Of a stretch of DNA of 64,000 nucleotides, positions 51,305 to 62,845 are shown one piece after another; position 1 is the stretch's first letter; each line of letters begins with the position of its first letter. Position numbers and translations under genes: made by a program. This DNA comes from Octopus sinensis (lineage: Eukaryota), in the NCBI RefSeq assembly GCF_006345805.1, contig NC_042998.1:168826001-168890000 (forward strand). The letters are read 5' to 3'. The notes below the pieces were generated by a model. The model saw only the letters and a list, made by a program, of their open reading frames with translations, was not told the origin of the DNA and made no database searches.

Positions 51305-54104
51305 GCAGTCCCGATTAGAACGAATGTTTCAGAGATGACATATTGAAGACAAATAGGCGATTTTCACTGTAACATGCACTTAAAATAAAAGACGTGCCAA
51401 TATTTCAGTATTTTACGTTTGCCTGCAGCATTATAATTTGGCCTTAAACCAAAAGGTTTTGCTTCAATAACTATGCATTGTTGTAAATTCATTTTGTTTG
51501 TGCTTTCATAGCATGCTGTATATCCCAGTTAGCACAACCTGAAATCTGCTGCATCCATAGAGTTTAGTCAGTAATTAATTTCTGACAATACGTTTTACAA
51601 TATCAGTAGCCGGATGGAAGTTTATAGATAGACTGACCAACTTAGTGGCTTAGCCTACAAGTTTTGGATCATGTCTGCACTCGTATAATCTGACGAAAAT
51701 AACTCGTTGGGTTACAGCCAGAAGAGTTACAACCAAGTACAGGATCAAAGTCTGGCTGATTACTTTCTTTCCAATCGTCTTTACCAAAACCCATGTTTCG
51801 CAGAGTTGAAATAGATAAGTGGAAAAGATGTCCACTTCTTGTTTGAAAAGTTGTGTTTGAATGTATTATTATTAAGGGAACGATGGTGCTATAAGCTCTA
51901 GATGGAATTGAGTGGGCAACGACACTCTTTTTATATGAAATATGTAGTGTTTCTCGTGAGGGCTGCAAACTCAAGGGCCATCCCGTGCAGTATAAACGCT
52001 CAAGGTGAAAGATGAGGGAAAATATATATACATAATGAATTACACATTTCTGCTTTTTTGGCAAGACAATAGTTTAGAACAACAGCAAACGGAAAACCTC
52101 ACCAGCGAATCACTTAATTTGATTGAATTTGATGTGTTGCTTGGTTAGAACACAGTACTGTGGTTGAATGTTCTACTTCGGCTATAAATGACTATAATTA
52201 CATCCATGCATACATACATACATACATACATACATACATACATACATACATACATACGTGTGTGTGTGTGTGTGTCTGTGTCTGTGTGTGTGCGTGCGTG
52301 TGTGTGTGTGTGTGTTTGTACATATATATGTACGTATGAATTCCGAGTGAGTTGGAAGACTGATCATAAGGCATACGTCATAAATTCAATGCAGTTGTTG
52401 GTCGAGAAAAGAATATAAATATAGAATTGTTAATTGCTGCCTTCAAAATCGATAGAAGTAATAACGGAGATAAAACAAAATCAAGCCACATTAAAATGTT
52501 CAATCTAATTTAGATTAGCCAACTGAATCGTAGGACTATCTCTACATTGAATCGTATGATTCTCTTCAAGTAGTGCATATTGCATAAATCCATCTTTCAA
52601 GGGTCAATCCATCACTAAACTACTTTCGTGGCTGGCCTGAAGGTCTCAGAACAATAAACTGACGAATCACTTGGCAAATTTACAGTACTGTCTGCTTGAA
52701 ATGGAGAATTCTTTCTACGTAGTGGTCATTTTTTATTGGATGGACTGGACACTTAAGAGTTACATTATCCTAGCCACATACACAACGCAACGTCCCTGAC
52801 GGGTGACAAGATACACCAACACTCCGTTGCTGTCTGGATTTCTATCTATTCGGTCACCTCGTCTCTTGATATGCTATGGTATAATACAATGTGATATAAT
52901 AAGATGTAATATGATTGGTTGGTCTGATTGATTGGATGATTGATTAATTGATTGTACATCACCCGGAAATAATTACCATAGACCATTAGTGGATATGAAT
53001 GCATTATTTATTTTAATGTCGGTAAACTGGCTTAAAAGATAACAACCGTAGGATTCTCAGCAGGAACAGATCACAACGCCACTGCATGCTTTACATATCT
53101 GACAGAACCTGCTGCAGTTTTATTAAAAATCCAGTTGAACAAGATTAATTTAGCTTCTGCAGGTATCGAATATTTACTTACAGTAAACTTATGAATAACT
53201 CCCTAATTAAACATGACCATTGATTTTTTTACATAATTTCCAGCTAAGTCGACCATAGCTGAATTTTTTTTAATGTCTTAGTTTCGGACAATACAGCTAG
53301 GGCATTGTGATTCTTGGATAATATTAGATCAGTATTAAAAGAATCTATTGGTTATGCTGACCCCCCAGAATGGCGTTCTCTAAATTACATCACAATTGAT
53401 GGTTGTTATAGATTTTATTGTTGTTGTTGCTGTTGATCCGTTGATGGTCTCTGGATGAGCCTGTCAGTATTCAAAAACATTCAAGTTATGCCCACCTCGT
53501 CTTTTTGCTGATATTGTAATTATATTTTCAGGACTATCTTGTCTTCAACGTCTCCAATATGTTATGACGGTTGAGTGTCATATATGGAAGATGTGGCTGC
53601 TATTTCTCCTAGATTGAGTTACGAAGTAGAAGTTCGCCCATTGGCTCACATTATCATTGTCAGTTGCATTGAGCCTAACTGTGTCTCTAAAACGCGTTGT
53701 ATTCGTGAACGTATGTGTACCTTGCACAAAAAACACAGAATCTCATTCCGGTATACTGTATCCAGAGTCTATATTCCTTTATTTCAGTAGTTAGACAAAA
53801 TTTCAGGCACTTTCGGCTACTATATTTTGTAAATCGACCAAGCAGAAAGAGGTTCACGTAATATTTTTGTAAAGTGTTCAAAAGAGTGAAACTATTTCGG
53901 CCGCTCAGCTCCTACTTAGCTTACTACATTTCTTAAAGTAAACAACGAATATTATAGGAAACTATGAAAGAAAAACAAATTTAGTAATTGCTATTTAACT
54001 TCAGATCAATCCTGATCAAATTGTCTTTCTATGCGTGTGTGTATGTTTGTGTGTGCGCGCGCGCGTATGTGAGAGAGAGAGTGAGTTTGTGTTTGTTTGT
54101 GTGT

Positions 54105-55284
54105 GTACGTCTTGGGCAAGTATCTTCTACTATAGCCCTGAGCCGACCAAAACCTTGTGAGTGGATTTCACAGACGAAAACTGAAGGAGCCCATCGTGTG
54201 CACATGTATATCAGGTCATCTCCTAAGTTCTGTCCGAATTGTAAATAAAGAAATCAAATGATCGAATGTTATATTTAATTGAAATTTAATCATCAATGTA
54301 CTTTCCCTGATTATTTATGACTTCCTTTCATCTATTTACAAGCATTTTAATCCCATCAACGTAAAACTCTTTTGGTTTCAAAGCGAAGAAGTCTGAAATG
54401 TCAGTTTCGACCTCCTCCTGGCTTCCGAAAGTTGTCCCACAAATGATTCTATAAACTACGAAACAAATGATAGTCTGAAGGAGCAAGGTCGGGAGACTAA
54501 GGTGGATGAGAATTTTTTTCCCAATCAAGCTCTTCGATCTTCTGAATTACTCCTTTGCAATCCCATCAGATAGAGAGAAGAACCCTTCTCGGTTGTGGTT
54601 GAGCTTTTCGCCTTTTACCAAGCCACTGTTTACGACGTTTAACATTTCGATAGAAGATCCAAAAAGGGTGAAATGAGTTCGCGAGAATGGAGAGAAGAGC
54701 AGATGTCAACTCTGAATTTGCGGTTGCTTTCGAACAATTCAGGAGGCACCCATTTTCCAAGTTTAGGAACCTTTCCGAGTTGTTGAAGATGACGATGAAC
54801 ATTTGTATGGTTTGAACTAAGCTTTATTGCCAATTCTTCAACTGATAATGCAGGATTTTCTTCAAGCAATGCCTGAAGGATCTTATCATCAAACTCAACT
54901 GGACGTCCTGTTCGAGCTTCATCTTCAAGACTGAAATCTCCACTTCTGAATTTTGCAAAGCATCTTCTGGTAGTTCTTTCATTCAAGCATTATTTCCTAT
55001 AAACTGAGTGTATGTTTCGAGTCGCTTCAGCTGCAGAGTTTCCTTTTTTGTACTCATAAAGCATTATTTGCCTCAAATGCTCTTTGGATGCTTCCATGTT
55101 AGAAAGGGTTTTAATCAAAGAAATTTTAATTCTATTATTCTGTAAAATAATATTTAATTAGCTTAAATGAACACAAATGCATAAAAATACTTTTTAATTC
55201 CTTTACACATTCTAAAATACTATTAAATTTCATTCAGTTGTAAAAAAAAAAGGTGTAATCGGACAGAACTTATGGGATGACCTG

Positions 55285-55324
<40 letters not shown>

Positions 55325-55580
55325 TGTGTGTGTATGTATACATACACACTTGCAACCACACACACACATACGTGTGTGTAGTCGTGCGTGTGTGTGTGTG
55401 TGTGTGTGTGACTTTCTGTTTGATAACCGATGTCGGTTTGTTTACATCCCGGTAAGCCAGCGGTTCGGCAATTGAGGCCAATAGAATGAGTACCCGGTTC
55501 AAAAATAAGCACTGGAGTGGATTTATTCAAACCAAACCCTTGAAAGCAGTGTCTCAGCATAGCCGCATTTCAACGACTAT
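54105..55580 (+). mobile_element. SINE B interrupted by a mariner element
   Basis: CORE half at 54105-54210; microsatellite and tail resume at 55286-55580. Confidence 0.8.
54211..55285 (-). mobile_element. Mariner element (1075 bp), internally deleted, with TIRs and TA TSD; pseudo-transposase 55097->54286
   Basis: TIRs tcaggtcatc(tcc/cca)taagttctgtccga; TA at 54209-54210 and 55286-55287; MEASKEHLRQIMLYEYKKG...LEDEARTGRP...GKWVP...EFYVDGIKMLVNRW..VI..QGKYIDD*. Confidence 0.95.
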
Positions 55581-55799
55581 GTAACTGCATCATTCAATAT
55601 GCGCTTCCTTTTTTTCTTTTTTTGAAGACACTAAGTTGTGATTTGAGATAATTTAGGTGCTATTTCTTGCAGACCAAATGACTCCGTAGGGGCTCTCTCG
55701 GTGGCTCATTGCAAAATATGGTGTTTGTTAAGTGTTTTGGCGTTGTATGATGTACTTATAATTGTTGGCCTTCAGTGCTCAATATGGGTTGATCGAATG

Positions 55800-55848
55800 G
55801 TTTAGTATTAGTCGTAACAGCGATAGCAGGTGCAGCAGCAGCAGTAGC

Positions 55849-55883
<35 letters not shown>

Positions 55884-55927
55884 CAGGAGCAGCAGCAGTA
55901 GCAACAACAGTAGTTGTAGTAGTAGTA

Positions 55928-55965
<38 letters not shown>

Positions 55966-55983
55966 TGCCACAGCAGCAGCAGC

Positions 55984-56018
<35 letters not shown>

Positions 56019-56063
56019 CAGCAGCTGCAGCATAGTAGTAGTAGTAGTAGTAGTAGAAGTAGT

Positions 56064-56122
<59 letters not shown>

Positions 56123-56124
56123 GG

Positions 56125-56158
<34 letters not shown>

Positions 56159-56184
56159 TAGTAGTACTAGTAGTAGTAGTAGGG

Positions 56185-56218
<34 letters not shown>

Positions 56219-58407
56219 TAGTAGTAGCAGCAGCAGCAGCAGCAGTAGTAGTACTAGTAGTAGTAGTAGTAGTAGTAGCAGCAGCAGCAGCAAGAGGGGT
56301 GGGGCAGAAAAAAAACCAAGAGTAGCAGGGACAGCAGTTATTGTTTGACTAAATTTTGTTTACGGCAGCAGCTAAATATGCACCACAAAGAAGAAACATC
56401 ATCATCGTCATCATCATCATCATCATTACCAGCACAACAACACCGACAACGACAGCAATAACAACAACGAGGACATCGACAACGACGCTGACTGTATCAG
56501 CTTCAGCAGCAGCAGCAACAACACCTGCAGCAATAGGTGCAGCCACAGTTAGAAGCATCAACTGCAGCCACTATCACGACCAACCATCACCACTATTATA
56601 ACCAACAAGAACTCTGAAAACAAGCAACCGTACGACATACTCAGAGTAGTAGAGGTAGCGGCTGCTCTTTCACAACCAGCATCATGATCACTACAACATA
56701 TAGTAACAATAACAAGCGGAGAAGCTTCTGCATGGTTGCTCAACTTGCTAGAAATAGCAACCAAAATCATCTTTAAAACACACCTATTGTCATAAAAATA
56801 AAGATAAAAAATGCAGATAAAAGAAAACGTTCGTTGATGTAGTCGTTGATATACGTAGCAGCTTTCTTACTCGGCGCTTGCCTGGGGTTAAACAACAGCA
56901 ACAATAACTTCTGCTGCTGATCCTTCTCCTCCTCTTCCTCCTCCTCCTACCACTACTACTACTACTAAAGAGGCAACTATATACACCAGAGTCATCACTA
57001 CTGTCGTCAGTAACAGTAAGAGTAACAGCAGTAGCTGCAGTAGCATTAATAGCAACAACACCATCATCGTCAGCAGCAGCATTATCATCAACCACAACAG
57101 CAGCAACAGCAGCAGCAGCAACAACAGCAGCAGCAACAATATAAAAAAAACTGCATTCACACTAATAATTTCAGGAGCAGCAAAAAAATAAGTCATCATC
57201 ATCATCATCAGCAGCAGCAGCAGCATCATCAAAAGTAGAACAGTAGCAACAATGTTGTCAATAGCAACAGCAGCCACAAACGCACAAGAGGAACAATAGC
57301 AACTTATGCAATACAGCCGAAACACCAACAATAACAATACTTCCAATAGCAACAGAAACAATACAGCTACAAGGGCAAGAATAAAACTACTGCAACACCA
57401 TTATCAACAGCAATAATAGCAACACATGCACAACACCATAAATAGCAACAATTGCAGCGTTGGCAACGACATCGTGAATAGCTGCAGCATTATTAATAAT
57501 ATTAGCATCTTATACAATTACACTGCAACAATAGTAACGATACATCACCGCCAGCAGTAACACCAACGTATGTATGCAACATCGTCAATAACAGCAAAGC
57601 AAGCATGCAACATCACCAATAACCGTAACATAGCAACGTATGCAACAAAGTCGATAGCAACAACGGCAAGCATGCAGCATCACCAATAACCGTAACATAG
57701 CAACGTATGCAACAAAGTCGATAGCAACAATGGCAAGCATGCAACATCACCAATAACCGTAACATAGCAACGTATGCAACAAAGTCGATAGCAACAATGG
57801 CAAGCATGCAACATCACCAATAACCGTAACATAGCAACGTATATAACAAAGTCGACAGCAGCAATGGCAAGCATGCAACATCACCAATAACCGTAACATA
57901 GCAACATATGCTACAAAGTCGACAGCAACAATGACAAGCATGCAACATCACCAATAACCGTAACATAGCAACGTATGCAACAAAGTCGATAGCAACAATG
58001 GCAAGCATGCAACATCACCAATAACCGTAACATAGCAACGCGTGCTACAACGTCAATAGCAACAATAGCAAGCGTGCAACATCACCAACACTTGTAACAT
58101 AGTAAAGTCTGCAACAACATCGATAGCAATAATAGCATCGATAGCAACAATAACAATAGCAGCGCATACAACAGCATTAAGCGTACAACAATAGAAACGT
58201 TTGCAACATCATCATCAAGCGCAACGATTGCAGCATTAGCATCATCAACATAAGCAACAATACAGCTGTCAACCACAACAACAACAACAATAACAGCAAC
58301 AGCACGACAGCGCTACTCCGATCAGCAGCAAAAATAGCAGGAGCATCAGGAGTATCAGTAGTAACAACTTCAACGACCATCAGTAACGTAGTTATTATTA
58401 TTATTAT

Positions 58408-58454
<47 letters not shown>

Positions 58455-58740
58455 CAACAATACTAACAACAACAATAGCTGCAGCAACATTATCTTAAGT
58501 AGTAACAGCAGCATTAACATGAACAACAGGTGTGCTGTATGCATCTGTCAACACAGCATCTACTACCCTCAGCAGCAGCAGCAGCAGCAACAACAGTAGT
58601 AGTAATAACTACCACTCTGAACATTGCTAATACAACTACTACTGCTACTGCTGCTGCTGCTACTTAGTTACTTTATTAATAACAATAATAACTCTAGCAT
58701 TACCTTGAACACTAACAGCTGTAGCATGAAGCAGAACTTC
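55800..58740. repeat. About 3-kb mosaic of AGT/AGC/AAC/ATC trinucleotide low-complexity sequence
   Basis: Direct reading; includes a 60-bp higher-order repeat at about 56100-56220 and the 67-bp minisatellite. Confidence 0.93.
57540..58143. repeat. 67-bp minisatellite, about 9 units (7 well conserved from 57608)
   Basis: Unit caacatcaccaataaccgtaacatagcaacgtatgcaacaaagtcgatagcaacaatggcaagcatg; the ORF track repeats at 67-bp offsets. Confidence 0.97.
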
Positions 58741-58764
58741 TGCTGCAGTAGTAATATCTGGTTT

Positions 58765-60243
58765 TAAATTTTGGCACAAGACCAGAAAGATCGGGGGGGG
58801 GGGGCTAATCGATTACAACGACCTCAGTACTCAACTGGTACTTATTTTATCAATCCGGAAAGTATGAATGCAAAGTTGGCCTTGGCAGAATTTGAACTCA
58901 GAACGTAAAGACGGATGAAATGTCACTAAGTATTTTGCCCAGCTTTCTAACGATACTACCAGCTCGCCGCCTTAAGCTGCAATAGTAATAGCAATTTCAA
59001 ATTTTCGCACAAGGCCAGCAATTTGGTGGGGGGCGTTTAAGTTGATTACATCGACCCCAGTGCTCAACTGGTATTTATTTTATCAACCCCGAAAAGATGA
59101 AAGGTAAGTCGACCTCGGCGGAAATTGAACACAGATGGGCAAAATGCTTACCAGCATTTTGCCCGGCGTGCTAACGATTCTGCCAGTTCGCCGCCTTAAA
59201 CTGCAGAAGTAATGTCAATTTCAAATGTTGGCACAAGGCCAGTGTGTTCGAGGTAAGGGGTAAGTCGATTACATCGACCTCAATGCACAACTAGTACTTA
59301 TTTTATCGACTCCCAAATAATGAAAGACAAAGTTGACCTCGGCGGAATTTGAACTCAAAACGTAAAGAATAGACGAAATGTTAAACGTTTCACGCAGCGC
59401 GCTAACCATTCTACCAACTCGCCGCCTTAAACTACAGTAGTAATATACATTTCGAATTTTGGCACAAGGCCAGCGAGTTCGGGGATGAGCTTGATCGATT
59501 ACATAAGACCGTGTTCTACTGGTGTATATTTTATCGATCCCCAAAGGATGAAAGGTAAAGTTGGACTCGGCAGAATTTGAACTCAGAACGTAAAGACGGA
59601 CGAAATGCCGCTAAACAGTTTGTCCTGTGTGCTAACGTTTCTTATTTCTTTATTGCCCACAAGGGGCTAAACATAGAGGGGACAAACAAGGACAGACAAA
59701 GGGATTAAGTCGATTAAATCGACCCCGTTGCGTAACTGGTACTAAATTTATCGACTCCGAAAGGATGAACGGCAAAGTCGACCTCGGCGGAATTTGAACT
59801 TAGAACGTAAAGATGGACTAAATACCTATTTCTTTATTGCCCACAAGGAGCTAAAAATAGAGGGGACAAACAAGGACAGACAAAGGGATTAAGTTGATTA
59901 AATCGACCCCGTTGCGTAACTGGTACTAAATTTATCGACTCTGAAAGGATGAACGGCAAAGTCGACCTCGGCGGAATTTGAACTTAAAACGTAAAGATGG
60001 ACTAAATACCTATTTCTTTATTGCCCACAAGGAGCTAAAAATAGAGGGGACAAACAAGGACAGACAAAGGGATTAAGTCGATTAAATCGACCCCAGTGCG
60101 TAACTGGTACTAAATTTATCGACCCCGAAAGGATGAACAGCAAAGTCGACATCGGCGGAATTTGAACTCAGAACGTAGCGGCAGACGAAATGCCACTAAG
60201 CAGTTTGCCCTGTGTGCTAACGATTCTGCTAGTTCACCGCTTT
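58765..60243 (-). mobile_element. Tandem array of four older SINE A units, the last invaded by three young A tails (184-bp period)
   Basis: Units about 58765-58973, 58993-59197, 59215-59417 and 59440-60243, separated by ctgcagtagtaatat-like spacers; modules at 59643-59826, 59827-60010 and 60011 onward. Confidence 0.92.
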
Positions 60244-60489
60244 AACTGCAGCAGTAATATCAGTATTAGTATATATAAGAACAGCAACAAGAGCAGTGGC
60301 AGCAGCGGCAATAGAGTCAGCAGCGGTACTAGAAACAGTGGCAAGAGCAGCAGCAGCAGCATCACCATTGACAACAGCAGCAATATTTGCAGGAGTAGAA
60401 GTACTTGTAGAAGGACCGACAACATCCACAACGACAGCTCGACACAAGGAGAGGAGAAATGGACAACGAACTAATGACGGCGCCTCTAG

Positions 60490-60690
60490 GTGGTCGCTCA
60501 ATCTGCTGAAATAGTAGCCAAAAATACTGAATTTAAACGGTGCCACCGTAAAAAATAAAAATATAAAAAGTGAAAAGGAAGGTTATGGTTGGATTATATA
60601 GTTTTTCGTTATGCACAAAAAAAAAGACGGGATGTTCACGACTGGAACGTCTTAGGTATTGTGGATCAGGGTTGGCATGAAACTAAGCAA
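60490..60690 (+). repeat. Old dispersed repeat G
   Basis: ggtcgctcaatctgctgaaatagtagccaaaa...aaagacgggatgttcacgactggaacgtctt..gtattgtggatcagggttggc. Confidence 0.7.
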
Positions 60691-60892
60691 CAACGGTAAC
60701 TTCATTAGCAAGAGCAGCAGCAGAGTTCTTAACGAAGTTGCAATATCATCATCATCATCATCTCTAGCAGCAGTAGCAGCCGTTGCAGCAACTGGAAAAG
60801 CGTCATCACCATCACCGTCACCAATACTAGGCTATCGTTGAGAATATCACAATCATCAACATCATCATCGGTACCACCTATACCGTCGTATT

Positions 60893-60929
<37 letters not shown>

Positions 60930-60936
60930 GGTGGTA

Positions 60937-60967
<31 letters not shown>

Positions 60968-61571
60968 AACCAGTTTAATCAGCAATACGACTATTACCGC
61001 TGTCGTCAGTATCACCACCACCACCACCAGCAGCAGCTCAACAGCAGCAGCAGCAGCTCAACAGCAACAGCATCAGCAGTAACATTAGCGGTGATTACAG
61101 CTGCTGCGACATTGCCATCAGAAGCAAGAGTAGCAGAACTTTAGAGACGGAAGCAACGCTGAGAGTGGCAGTTGTAGTAGCAACCGCATTACAGTGGCTG
61201 CTGTGCCTTTAATCCTATTGACAGAACTACTTGTAGGATTTAGATACTTCTGTAAGGGATTAATAAATGATATCTCTTTTTATAAAGTGTTTATAAGTTA
61301 GTAAATATAAGGTATTGATATTTCAGATAACGTATTGGTACAAAATGCAGAAGCAGACCTTTTATACGGCTTCCAGAAATCCGGGAATACTCTGCAATAC
61401 TGTGCAATATGGTGTACCCTGTTTTGAGTAAACAGACCATGTTTTTGAAGTTGGTTAATTTGCATACGGTGTGTTAAAAATAGTTTTGTTCTTCACGTTT
61501 TTTTTTAAAAGGATTGATAAAGGGAAAACATACTGTGCTTTATTTATGAATTTATGCGGTATTTATTAAAT

Positions 61572-61688
61572 GGTGGAGGCATATGTCTAAGTGGTGAGGG
61601 TGTTGGACTCACGATTGTGGCTTCGATTCCTGGACCGGGCGATGCGTTGTGCTCCTGAGCAAAGCATTTCACGTTGCTCCAGTCCACT
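61572..61688 (+). mobile_element. SINE C 5' half, fused to the inverted Penelope arm
   Basis: gtggaggcatatgtctaagtggtgagggtg...ttgctccagtccact, where cact is shared with the palindrome arm. Confidence 0.85.
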
Positions 61689-62195
61689 AAAAGGTATCAT
61701 TCTATATTCTGGGAATGCAATCTGTTGTCGATGCAGTGTACATCTGCGCCTGAGTGATAGTCCCGTGGAACCCACGTAGTCTTGGTGGCAGCCTGAGCAT
61801 TTAATAACATAAATTATGTTTTCAGAGGCACAAGTAAAGTTAGATTTGATCTTAAATTTCTGTCCCTCTTTAAAGAAGAATTCTGATCCTTCCAATAGGT
61901 TAGGACATGTTGCACAGTTCGATCTACCACATTTTTGGTAGATCGAACTGTGGTAGATCGAACTGTGCAACATGTCCTAACCTATTGGAAGGATCAGAAT
62001 TCTTCTTTAAAGAGGGACAGAAATTTAAGATCAAATCTAACTTTACTTGTGCCTCTGAAAACATAATTTCTGTTATTAAATGCTCGGGCTGCCACCAAGA
62101 CTACGTGGGTTCCACGGGACTATCACTCAGGCGCAGATGCACACTGCATCGACAACAGATTGCATTCCCAGAATATAGAATGATACCTTTTAGTG
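61685..62195. repeat. Near-perfect 247-bp inverted repeat (arms 61685-61931 and 61949-62195)
   Basis: Manual alignment gives 3 mismatches in 247 bp and a 17-nt spacer. Confidence 0.97.
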
Positions 62196-62660
62196 AGCAC
62201 ATTGAGAAATGCGCAAAGCAACTACTGCCACAATTTTTAATCTTCCCATTTTACCAATGTGCTTTCGGATCATCAACACAAATGAGACTGAACAAGGAAA
62301 CATTCTTCATTGAAAAGTACAAACCCAGACTCAACCATCCGAACATACTGACAAGGAAAAGGGAAAAAAAATTTTAAGCGATTATCTCCCCTACACCGGA
62401 AAAAATCACTCACTACCTCCCCTTATTTAGAAATCTCCTGGAAATAAAAACAACGATAATTCCATGCAATATAAACATAACGTCACAAGAAATTTGAAAA
62501 GCTACACGCGAAACCGGTAATTTCTTTAAAAATTTTAAAATTATGTCATTTTAAGGAAAGGGAAAAAAAATTTTTCCAATATTCTCCAGACATTTTGACA
62601 CAAATATATATATTTTTTAACATTTAAGCCTTCTGTCGTTTTTTCACACTTTACTGTATT
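61949..62660 (+). mobile_element. Penelope-like element 3' fragment: GIY-YIG endonuclease (frame open to the stop at 62377) and pseudo-LTR region
   Basis: CGRSNCATC...FTCASENII(Y/S)VIKCSGCHQDYVGSTGLSLRRR...H...HIEKC...RLNKETFFI..YKP.LN is a PLE-type GIY-YIG domain with CCHH Zn motif; a hammerhead motif lies downstream. Confidence 0.92.
62487..62526 (+). ncRNA. Minimal type I hammerhead ribozyme
   Basis: Stem I AAGAAAU/AUUUCUU (7 bp perfect); core UUGAAAA (U3-A8 variant); stem II GC-UACAC-GC; GAAA; palindromic ACCGGU; cleavage triplet GUA. Confidence 0.85.
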
Positions 62661-62662
<2 letters not shown>

Positions 62663-62699
<37 letters not shown>

Positions 62700-62845
62700 G
62701 ACGGGCTTCTTTCAGTTTCCGTCTACCAAATCTACTCACAAGGCTTTGGCCGGCCCGAGGCTATAGTAGAAGACACTTGCCCAAGGTGCCACGCAGTGGA
62801 CTGAACCCAGAACCATGTGGTTCGTAAGCAAGCTACTTACCACAG
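62663..62845 (-). mobile_element. SINE B 5' half ending in (TA)n
   Basis: tacgacgggcttctttcagtttccgtctaccaaatc...gaagacacttgcccaaggtgccacgcagtgg. Confidence 0.88.

Noticed and set aside
55762-56325. 187-aa Ser/Val/Ala ORF and antisense poly-Leu/Tyr ORFs
   Set aside because: Pure AGT/AGC triplet repeats.
61907-61948. N-terminus MLHSSIYH of the two GIY-YIG ORFs
   Set aside because: Artefact of reading across the palindrome axis; the starting codon is TTG in the opposite arm.
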